64,000 nucleotides of DNA, from assembly GCF_001194135.2 (NCBI RefSeq), contig NC_068982.1, forward strand, positions 66,083,213 through 66,147,212, written 5' to 3'. The notes beneath the pieces are model-generated. The model did not search any database, had not been told where the DNA came from, and saw only the letters and a list, made by a program, of their open reading frames with translations. Shown here piece by piece: positions 25,854-35,830 of the stretch (the stretch's first letter is position 1; each line of letters opens with the position of its first letter). Both the position numbers and the translations under genes were made by a program. This DNA is from Octopus bimaculoides. Lineage: Eukaryota.

Positions 25854-27489
25854 GTCAGTTATAAGAAATAATTTAATTACTTTTCAGATTTTTGTGTTGT
25901 TTGTCTCTGTCTTTTCCCTCTTATACATTAACACGTGCATATATTTATGTTACTAGTTTATAACTAATATCATAGAATATTTTGAGTTTCTTCTAGGACA
26001 GTATGTGCAAGAAATTGTTGTTTTAACATGCATTTTACTTTGCTAGTATGGGTTAGATGGGTCTGTTGTGGAACATATCACCACTCATTTTCTTGTCTAA
26101 GAAGTCTGTTATTTTTCTTTATGACCGCCACACCAGTTTTTTGGGGGTGGGGTTTCCTCTCCCTCAGGTGCCTTCTACACAACTAGATCAGGTGAGGTTA
26201 TGTGATTAAGAATTTTGCTTCCCAACCACATGATTTTGGATTCATTTCCACTGCATACCATCTTGGGCAAGTGTCTTATACTATAACCCCAGGCCAACCA
26301 AAGCATTGTGAGAAAATTTGATAGACAAAAACTGAGAGAAGCCTGTCATGTATTTATGTATGCATATGTCCAAGTGTGTGCATGGAGGTGTGTGTTTATG
26401 TCTCTTTGCCTTGGCATCAAGTGTTAAGTATAAATGAGTATCACTCCTCACTGTCATACATGCAGTGGTCTTCATTTCCAATCTTCCATGAAAACATATT
26501 CAGCCATGTGGAAATATTACCTTGCTTGGAAACAGGAAGAGAATCCTGCTGTAGAAAATTTACCCCAACAAATTCCATCTGCTCCATGCAAGCATGAAAA
26601 AGTAGACTTTAAAACATTGATGTTGGTGATGGTGGTAGGTTAATTTTTGGTAATTTAACATTTGAGAATTATGTAAATATTGTATAAGAATAGTCTGAAA
26701 TAATGTAACGTTATAAGTACTTCTTGGACAAATATTGAGAACTAGTTTAACCATATACACCCCTACAGCAAGACACCTTTTTCTGTCTCTCTATCTCACT
26801 GTAACCTTTCATCATTTGACACAAGATCCCTTCCTCCAATGCCCCTTCCCCTCTCAAAGGACCCTTGTCTTGCAAGTTACTTGGTGACCCTACCAGTACT
26901 GGTGTCACTTAAAAAGCATCCAGTTCACACTGAAGTGGTTGGTGTTTGGAAGGGCATCCAGCTGTAAATACCATGCCAAATTGACCTCACCTGTGCTTGT
27001 CCCATGTAAAAAGCACTTGGTCCACTCTGCAGAGTGGTTGGTGTTACGGGGAGCCATAAAAACCCTGCCAAAACAGGCACACAAGTCTGGTGCAGGCTCC
27101 TGCCAGGCCAGCTCCTGTCAAACCATCCATCCCATGCCAGCAAGGAAGGAGGATGTTAAATGATGATGATAATGATGAGTTGTGTAAGGTACCAAAGCAA
27201 AGAATGCACACTGTTAATATTCAAAACTAGGCTAAGAAAAACTTTGAGTGGTTAAAAACCTGTGGAAAGAAACCAGCCTTTCTTATTCCTACCAGAATAA
27301 AAAATATATGTTGTTTACGCTGTAAGAAACTCTTAAAATGCATAAAATATGTTGTTTTTAATGGTCAACCTCAAAATAGATAAAACTTTTCCATCCAAGG
27401 GGTTTTTTAACCTCATATTAACATGCTATTATTTATAGCTTTATATGCTTCAAGTTCCACCATTAAAAATGCTAGTTTTAAAGAATATA

Positions 27490-27660
27490 TGTGTGTGTGT
27501 GATTGATAGGGTGTGTGTGTGTGATTGATAGGGTGTGTGTGTGTGATTGATAGGGTGTGCGTATGTGATTGATAGGATGTGTGTGTGTGTGTGTGTGTGT
27601 GTGTAATTGATAGGATGTGTGTGTGTGTGTGTAATTGATAGGATGTGTGTGTGATGATTG
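27490..27660. repeat. Compound minisatellite, (TG)n plus attgatagg, 6 units
   Basis: attgatagg occurs six times, separated by variable TG tracts. Confidence 0.9.
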
Positions 27661-27684
27661 TGCTACAGATAGATATGATGTAAG

Positions 27685-27914
27685 GTGGTGAGCTAGCAGA
27701 AACGTTAGCGTGCCAGGCAAAATGCTTAGTGGTATTTCGTCTGCCTCTACATTCTGAGATCAAATTCTGCCGAGGTTGACTTTGCCTTTCATCCTTTCAG
27801 GGTCGATTAAATAAGTACCAGCTATGCACTGGGGTCGATATAATCGACTTAATCCATTTGTTTGTCCTTGTTTGTCCCCTCTGTGTGTAGTCCCTTGTGG
27901 GCAGTAAAGAAATA
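27685..27914 (+). mobile_element. SINE family D copy with 18-bp target-site duplication
   Basis: agatagatatgatgtaag at 27667-27684 and at 27915-27932 flanks the element; many CpGs retained. Confidence 0.9.
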
Positions 27915-28301
27915 AGATAGATATGATGTAAGAGCAGTTTATATTAACCAGTGTGTCACTTCACCTTTGTCAGAACTCCACAGTTTGGCAGAGATTTAAG
28001 CTCTACTGTGCCATGCCAGTCCTTGACATGTTAGCACAGATCAGCAGTTGATTAAATTGACCCCCTTTATTCAACAAGTACTTTATTTTGTCAACCCCAG
28101 AAAGGTAACAAGCAAATTTGACCTCTGTGGGATTTGAACTCAGAATGTTTAAAGCCAAAACAAATATCACCAATGTTTTATCTAACACTCTAATGATTCT
28201 GCCAATATACTACCCTCACTTTATCCATCACATACATTTGAATATTGTTTGGTTTGTATTTTACTCATCATTTTTCATTGTGTTTTGTCTTTATATAACA
28301 G

Positions 28302-28349
28302 GCTGCCTTTTTTGTCACACTGGACGATGAACCTCAGAGCTATAGTGAT
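28302..28349 (+). CDS. CPT1: CPT1 coding exon 11 (48 nt)
   Basis: AAFFVTLDDEPQSYSD; taacag / gtaagt. Confidence 0.95.
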
Positions 28350-28571
28350 GTAAGTTGCAGTCATTTTTTTGTATCTTTACTAAACAATATTCGTAACATT
28401 TACACAGTTTATAAGTAGCATTGGATATCTTCATAGCTGTGGTTAAGAAGCTTGCTTCTTAATCATGTGATCTCAGGTTCAATCCGACTGTGACACCTTG
28501 GGCAAGTGTCTTTTACTATAGCCCTGGGTTGACCAAAATCTTGTGGGTAGATTTGGTTGATGGAAATCCAC

Positions 28572-28897
28572 TTCGGTCATGAATGACCATGGGATTGCAC
28601 CTAGAAAGTTACCCTCTGAGGCACAAGTCCAGGCAAGGTTGTTTGTGGAAGGCCAGCAGTTGCCCATGCATACCAGCCTCCCCACTCCACACCACTGATG
28701 TTATCCAAGGGAAAGGCATAGGCCGATACAGCTTGGCACCAGTGATATTGCAACTCATTTTTACAGCTGAGTTAACTGGAACAACATGAAATAAGGTGTC
28801 TCGCTCAAGAGCACAACATGCAGCCTGGTCCAGGAATCGAACTCACAACCTCACGATCATAAGCTCGACACTCTAACCATTGAGCCATGCACCTTCA
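28572..28897 (-). mobile_element. tRNA-headed SINE family E, inserted into a family A copy
   Basis: catgaatgaccatgggattg...ctctaaccattgagccatgcaccttcac; a second copy lies at 38347-38672. Confidence 0.85.
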
Positions 28898-29421
28898 CTA
28901 TATCTATACATATAAATTTCTTGTCTTGGGATTCATGGTCAAATGGCTGGGTGGAATTGCGCGAAAAATTACACAGATGTGTAGAATGATCCGGTGGTGA
29001 TGCTGGGCTTTGTATTTTTTTTATAGCTCCCATGGTTACTGAGATATAATCTACTATAATATATATATCATTATCTTCATCATTTAATATCTTTTTCCAT
29101 TTGTTCTTTGGCACTGGAAAAACTCTAGTACCCACTTCCTCTGGTGTGGCTGTTTAGTTCAATTGGTAATCTGGGCATGGTGCCATCCAGTAGCAAAATA
29201 TAAATTCATCACTGTCTGATTGAGAGACCGATTCTTTATACACAATCTACTGTTTTGATTCATTATCTTATTAATGAATTCTAGGCAATTAATCAATATG
29301 AAGCTGTGCCAAATGAGAATGAGCAAATAGATAGATATGTTTAATGTTTCTTTCTCTGTGACCTAATTGCACACAGAAATTTACTCTACATTTGTATATT
29401 GCATTTTTTTTTTTTTTTCAG

Positions 29422-29529
29422 CTTGATCCAACGAAATTAAACAAATTTAGTCGCTCCATGCTCCATGGTAAAGGTTATGATCGTTGGTTTGACAAATCAT
29501 TCACACTTGTAGTTTGTTCAAATGGCACG
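29422..29529 (+). CDS. CPT1: CPT1 coding exon 12
   Basis: [36 protein letters not shown] (RWFDK motif); poly-T cag / gtaaat. Confidence 0.97.
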
Positions 29530-29645
29530 GTAAATAAGGCACAATTTCTCTTTATTCCCAAATCTTTTCGTAAACTATAGCATTTTATAAATTGATTGCT
29601 AATATTTTAAAAGTAAATGACATTGGACATCATAAGCAGCAATTG

Positions 29646-30177
29646 AAGAACAAGGGATGCATTAATGGAACTCAGGTAGCTTTGTATAGTCTAAGTCAGG
29701 GGTTTTCAAACTTTTTGACTTGCGGACCCCTTTATATTTCAGGCTTTACCTTAGGGACCCCCTTATAAACGCTTATGAAATTTATACATAAATATTTGCT
29801 TAAAATAACATATATTTTTACATTTATTTATTTAACAGTATTTAACAAATAGGTTTATTGTCAATTAAAAGATTTCGATTAAAAAACATATATAAAATCA
29901 AATTGCCCATAAAAAGTATTTGCTGTCTACGGACCCCCTATCTTGTCCTTGCGGACCACAGTTTGAAAGCCCCTGGTCTAAGTGATAGATACGTCATCAC
30001 CTGGCAAGTGGATACCCAGTTCAAGTTCCATAAGTAAATGTGTTCCTTTTTGTCCCAAATTGTTATACACATTTACTTATGGAACTTAAACTAGGTATCC
30101 ACTTACCAGGTGATGACATATCTATCACTTGGACTATACAAAATCACCCGAGTTCCATTAATGCATCCCTTGTTCTT
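29646..30177. repeat. Fold-back palindrome with 111-bp arms, left arm interrupted by a hAT MITE
   Basis: Left arm 29646-29696 plus 29984-30043, loop 30044-30066, right arm 30067-30177; 9 mismatches in 111. Confidence 0.92.
29697..29975. mobile_element. hAT-family MITE
   Basis: 16-bp TIR caggggttttcaaact / agtttgaaagcccctg and 8-bp TSD gtctaagt (29689-29696, 29976-29983). Confidence 0.92.
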
Positions 30178-30332
30178 AGATCAGTAAAATATCCTTAAAT
30201 ATCATAAATCTATTGTATCTACCTAACAAAATGTATCATAAATATTTTATAATTTACAAATAATCAAATTACTCATTTCTAAGTCAAGTGAGAAATTTGA
30301 AGTTCTTTAAAATCTTTTATTTTGTGTTTTAG

Positions 30333-30358
30333 GTTGGTTTTAATGCTGAACATTCATG
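30333..30358 (+). CDS. CPT1: CPT1 coding exon 13, 26-nt micro-exon carrying catalytic His472
   Basis: VGFNAEHS+TG; ttttag / gtaagt; required to join NGT to W-xDAP in frame. Confidence 0.95.
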
Positions 30359-32229
30359 GTAAGTTGTTCCACATTGATAGAAAGTTTGCTGTGTATTATT
30401 ATTATTAGTTCATGATTAAAGATGATACAGTAGTAGGAATCTATAGTGTGCTAGAGGACTATATGTATTTCAGTATTTAGTTGCAACTCTCAACCTGATG
30501 TCAAATTCTACCAATATATACTTTATTTTCCATCTTTCCAAGAGTGATGAAATAGGTAATAGTTATGTTCCAGTGGAATTTTAATGACTACTATCCATTC
30601 AGGTAAAGAATTATGGCTTTATGTCAATAGAAGAAATCATATTCAGTACATTGGTATTTTACCAGGCATGTTTTGTATGTTATTGATTATGTTCCTGACA
30701 ATAATTTTATGTGACCTCAAAATATTTTTTCTTATTTAGTAAATTGTTAATCTAATGTGACTGTTAATCTAAACATAGATTGTTTAAAACACTAGTGAAC
30801 TACTCAATAAATATTGGGTTGTCAGATAAATTAGGATTTTAATTGGGTTTTTTTTTTCTTCTTGGCACTCCATCATTTGTTTGAAAAGAGGTAAAATTTA
30901 TGACATCAAATTTTAAAAACTATGAAGAAAAATTATAGAGGAAGAATTGAGATATAAAAAATATTATGATAAAAATATTTTTCATGTTAATTCAAATTAC
31001 ACTAGAAAAGATTAAAATAAATGGAAAAGAAAATGAACAAATTAATCCAACAACCCAATAGTTAGTACACTGGTGAACAGCTCAGTGTTATGTCTGCCTA
31101 CTCTACTTTACGACTTCAGTTTGTGGGTGCAGGCATAGCTGTGTGGTTATGCAATTCACTTCAGAAGCAAATGGTTTTGTGTTCAACCTCACCATGCAGC
31201 ACCTTAGAAAAGTGACTTTTATCACAGCCTCAGGTTGACTAGAGCCTTATGTGGAAGCCTGTCTGAGGGACTATCAATCCCCTAGTTTAATAAAACCACC
31301 TGTTACAAACATCCAGCTGTAATCTCTGTTTTGAGAATAACTCCTGCTTTCTGTCAAATCACAAAGAAGTATTTAATTATAATCTAAAAATTTGGAAAAA
31401 AAAGAGAAAAATAAGTCGGTTTTATATAACTCTTATAACATTTAATACACCAATTTTTAATGAAATTGTTTAATTTTTTTTTTAAGCTTTACATATTTGT
31501 TTAAAAAGCAGTAAACTTACTTTTGCTCATGTCCTTTAAACTTTGAGTTCTTATATTTAACTGAGAGTGGCTATTAATGTTGTATAGGTAAAGTATTAAT
31601 GTTGTATTGGTAAAGTAGTTTAATAAAAGTCTATAGTATATGAAAACTGAGCAGATGATGATAATGGCTTAAGGTAATTGTTATAATAGTTTTATTGTTA
31701 TCTGTATATATAACCTTGAGTTAGGTTAACAAAATAGCCTGTATTAAATCAGCTACAAAAAAAAGACATCTCTGTATGTGTTGTCATTTGCCTGGGTATT
31801 CAGTCATAATTTGAATTTTTCTAATCATAAATCTCTATAAATTCTGTATATTTTAGAAAATATTTTTTGTTGTCATCATTGTTATTATTCAGCTCCAGGT
31901 CACTGGTCTCATTGTTATTATTCAGCTCCAGGTCACTCCTCTCACTAAATTAGCTAGAGAAAAGTTCAACCTAATTTCTCACACAGTCTAACACCAGTAC
32001 TTGATCATTGAGTGTCTTTAGCAGAGTCTACTCTGTTACACTGCATTAAATCAATGTAATCCTATATACAAACTGGGAACACTTTTATAAATGTTGTTTG
32101 AACTAGAAATTAACCATGGATTGGACACATCAAATGTTATGTTTCTTTCTAGTCAACATCTATATTTTCTCCAAATTACAAAAAAAAAAAAAAAAAATAG
32201 TGTTAATAATACTCTCTGTGTTGTTTCAG

Positions 32230-32295
32230 GGCAGATGCTCCAGTAACTGGGCATCTCTGGGAGTTTACTCTCAGTGAAGATATCCTAAACTTGCG
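32230..32295 (+). CDS. CPT1: CPT1 coding exon 14a (alternative)
   Basis: G+ADAPVTGHLWEFTLSEDILNL+CG; tttcag / gtatgc; 66 nt, phase 2 at both ends. Confidence 0.93.
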
Positions 32296-32363
32296 GTATG
32301 CAGAATTTCTAGTTGTCTGTTGTTTACTTTATTTGCACATTTTAAAATATAATCTGTGGGATT

Positions 32364-32388
32364 TGCATGAGGTTACTCATTCTGCATG
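32364..32388 (+). promoter_or_regulatory. Two Rbfox-type TGCATG intronic elements downstream of exon 14a
   Basis: TGCATG at 32364-32369 and 32383-32388; ACTAAT (QKI/How-type motif) at 32415-32420. Confidence 0.55.
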
Positions 32389-33103
32389 CTTGTGGAATAC
32401 TGTTGCACACTATCACTAATTATTACTTGCATATTTGTTATTATTTTTCATAACAGCAAACAGAACTCCTCTTTAATCAGTGCTAATTTTTTTACTTTAA
32501 TCAGTGCTATTTTTTTACTTTTCTACTTTTATAATTCTTTAGTTTCGTCTTCATCAGCTTATTTTCTACACTAAACAACATTTTAGAGGAATGCTTTTTA
32601 AAAGAACTATTCTACATTATTTCCTCCTCTTGAAGGTGGATGAGAAAAATGATATGGAAACATTTAGAAGATAAATGTTAGATAAGCAGAGTTTAATCGG
32701 GTGACAGATGGAATAGATTTCTGAGGAAATGACACTAGTTATATTAAAAGAGGCAAGGAAAAAGATAAATAATAATAATAATGGTTGACCTTTAATGTGA
32801 CAAAAGAATATTGGTAACCACTATAAGTGTTACCTTTCCATTTGTGAGAACAACGAATTGAACTTGGGGCTTGGAATAAGTCTTAGAAGCTGTTAAACTA
32901 CTATTTAGTTTTGTTTTTTTTTGTTTTTTTTTTGTAAATTCCAGACAGTTTGGGCATTATTAAATCTATAGAATTTCCAAAAGAAAGTTATTAGCCTTCT
33001 ATCTCCATAACTGCCATTAACAGAAGATATTGCTTAAGTATAACATTAGCTTCATAGTTATAGTTGGTGTCTGTTCAAATAATTCTTAAGCACTTTAAAA
33101 AAG

Positions 33104-33419
33104 AAAATCTTTTATTTTGTCTCTCTTTCTCTTTCTTACTCACTGAACATTTTATTATTTTCATGTCTTTCTCTATTTATTTCAACTGTTTACCAATCTA
33201 CTAACACATTTACTCACTAACCTACCTGCCCAATATCTTTCTTATCTGTTAACCAACATACTTATCTAATTGATGTTTTGGGTTATCCCTACTCTTATAA
33301 ATCATCGATACCTCCATCTGCCTACATTATCCACCTTCCTCAAATCTAATCTTTTGAAAATATTGTATGCTTTATCTCTGGTTTGTGTATCACATTTTGG
33401 CTCCACTGCACATCACTTC
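33104..33419 (+). promoter_or_regulatory. AG-exclusion zone with distal branch-point motifs upstream of exon 14b
   Basis: 316 nt with no AG dinucleotide (read line by line), pyrimidine-rich; TACTAAC at 33199-33205 and CACTAAC at 33215-33221. Confidence 0.6.
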
Positions 33420-33458
33420 AGCACTTTGCACCCTATTGTGTGGATTTTTTCTAAATAG

Positions 33459-33521
33459 GTCTGATGCACCAATTACAAGTCATCTGTGGGAATACTCCAT
33501 GCAACTATCCAATGAAGAAGG
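33459..33521 (+). CDS. CPT1: CPT1 coding exon 14b (alternative, paralogous to 14a)
   Basis: G+SDAPITSHLWEYSMQLSNEE+GG; aaatag / gtaata; 63 nt, phase 2 at both ends; joins exon 15 as ...NEEG-YTDDGH. Confidence 0.85.
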
Positions 33522-33666
33522 GTAATACGTCTTGTTCACCTTTTAATACTTGGTTTACTTTGAATAAAAACTACTACCTATAGCTTTTATAAATTCTATT
33601 GGAAAAGAAATGTGAAAATTAAATGAAGGAGGTTAATGTGTTTATGATGTTTAAAAAGTGTCATTA

Positions 33667-33756
33667 GCTTTGGCTGTACATATTCTGAAATTGGAATGAT
33701 ACAGAGATGGCCCCTGCACAAGTATGACATGCAAATTTATAGTGTTCCATATTTTT
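33667..33756 (+). pseudogene. U6: U6 snRNA pseudogene
   Basis: gctttggctgtacatattctgaaattggaatgatacagaga--tggcccctgcacaagtatgacatgcaaatttatagtgttccatattttt aligns to metazoan U6 from about nt 7 to the 3' U-tract. The ACAGAGA box is intact, AGATTAGCA is deleted and the CpGs are decayed. Confidence 0.92.
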
Positions 33757-33760
33757 CTCT

Positions 33761-33950
33761 TGCCAGGCAAAATGTTTCGCAACATTTCAGCCATCTTTAT
33801 GTTCTGTGTTTGAATTCTACTGCAGTCAACTTAGCCTTTCATCTTTCAGGGTCTATTAAATAAGTACCAGTTGAGCACTAGGGTCAATATAATTGACTTA
33901 CCCCCATCCTTGAAATTGCTGGCCTTGTGCCAAAATTTCAAACTATTATT
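33761..33950 (+). mobile_element. 5'-truncated SINE family D copy directly after the U6 pseudogene
   Basis: Starts at tgccaggcaaaatg, lacking the first ~26 nt seen in the 27685 copy; keeps aagtaccagttgagcac and the gctggccttgtgccaaaattt tail. Confidence 0.8.
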
Positions 33951-34739
33951 TAGTCAGGGGTTACATGTAGGAGAGAATATTAACTGGGAGATTACATTTG
34001 AGGATGGAAAAGGATTCAGTTTGTACATTAGCATTGTTGGTGCTGGAGGAGTTCATGAGTCAAAAGGAGTTGCATGCTTGAAGTCATTGACAATGGCAAC
34101 TTGTGTGAGAGAAAGGTGAGTTATAACAAGTGTACTTGATGCAAGTTAAGGAGTTGTGAAACTGCTAGGGACTGGAGAAGTTTGGAGTGTGAAAGAGCTA
34201 GCAGTTGTTTCAGAGCAATATAGTTCTGAGGAATAAAGCTTATGTTTATTTATTTTTTGGTGTGTGTGTGTATGTGGAAGGATCATTAGTTGGCAGTGCC
34301 TCAGCATGGCCACAGCCCTCAAGCTGAAACTAGTAAAAGAATAGGGAGAGAGAGAGAATTCAGTAGGCTGTGTAAATATATTTGATAGGTGTTAACCCAT
34401 TTAGAAGAACAATATAAATAAAAGGTTAATGTACAATATAGGACTTAAGAGTGTGGGAACTTAATCCTGTGAAATAGAAACTGATGATCAGACTTTTACT
34501 TTTCTGAAAGTTATCCCATGCTAAGCATTAAATAGAATCCAACCCTCTATGTTTTGAGTTCAAATCCCACTGAGGTCAGCTTTGCATTTCATCCCTTTGA
34601 GGTTGGTAAAGTAAAACATCAGTTATGTACTGGGATTGATTAATCAACTAACCCTCTCTCCCTTCTCCTATCTCAGACCTTGCACCTGTAGTAGAAATAA
34701 TTATATATTTAAGGGTGGTGGATTGGCAGAATGATTACT

Positions 34740-35830
34740 GGGGTTTTCCGAAAATCTGCCCATCCATTAGATCGCCCATGAGCGTTTATTAGGATGGGCA
34801 GTTATTTGTGGTTAAAAATTGAATCAGAGTTAGTGTTCTTGTTTGCATTCTGTTTAGATGTTCATTTGCTCTACGTCTGCAGATAAATTTGAAGGATTTT
34901 TATTCCCAATAATGGAGTCGAAAGAAAATATATCAAAACATATTCAACAATCATATATCATTGGTGAAAAATTGAGTGCTATTAAACGAGTGAAAGAACA
35001 TTCTGGCAATTTATCTGCTGCCTCCAGAGACTTAGATATTGATAGAAAACGATTGAGAGAATGGTGCACAAAAGAAACTGAGTTAATATGTCAGACTAGA
35101 GAAAGCACAGATCGATTGGTAGAGGACCAGCACATAGTGATCTAGAGACTGAACTCTTACAGTGGATTGTTGTTCAGCGTGCAAACAATATAATTGTAAA
35201 TTATCGCCATTTATGGGAATATACTTTTGAATTGGTAAAAAGGTTTGGAATTGAAATGAACAGCTTTAGATGTTCTGATAAATGGATTTTCAATTTCATG
35301 AAATGGAATAAACTGACTGTGAGAAAGATTACACATGTTGGCCAAGCAGACAATAAAACACTTGGAGAAAAGGCACAAATCACCAGTGACTCTCTAGATA
35401 GCATTCCAGTATTAACAGCAGATAAGGATGCTGACTAGATTTATAATATGGATGAAACACCTGTATACGTTGACATGTTGAGTTCAACAACTATAGACTT
35501 TGTTGGCAATAAAAATGTAGATGCTAGCCATTGTTGTGCTACCAAAGTGTGTTTTAATGCTGCAGGAAAGGTGTTGAAGACAATGATCATTCTTAAAGGA
35601 TTGAAAAACGTATCTAAAATCAAGGTCCCAAAGAATATTTACTTAAGTCTCCAACAGGGGATCAATCACATATGAACTCATGCAGCTGTGGGCTGACAAA
35701 GTGTTTGGGCAGAGATCAGCACAACTATTCCATGCTCAAAATTCAGTGCTATTCATGGATGAATGCTCAGTGCACAAGAAAACAGAGCTTCTAGAAATGT
35801 TCAAACATAGGAATACAATTCTTAAACTCC
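34740..35830 (+). mobile_element. pogo-family transposon remnant with Brinker-like DNA-binding N-terminus
   Basis: EKLSAIKRVKEHSGNLSAASRDLDIDRKRLREW; YNMDETPVYVDM; LFMDECSVHK; multiple stops and frameshifts. Confidence 0.8.

Noticed and set aside
31876-31937. 29-bp direct repeat (33-nt period) containing cag...gt upstream of exon 14a
   Set aside because: No pyrimidine tract or usable donor consensus; looks like a simple slippage duplication.
33950-34250. 82-aa ORF (33871-34119) as a nested gene
   Set aside because: It begins inside a SINE, shows no recognisable domain and has no splice context; probably decayed repeat sequence.
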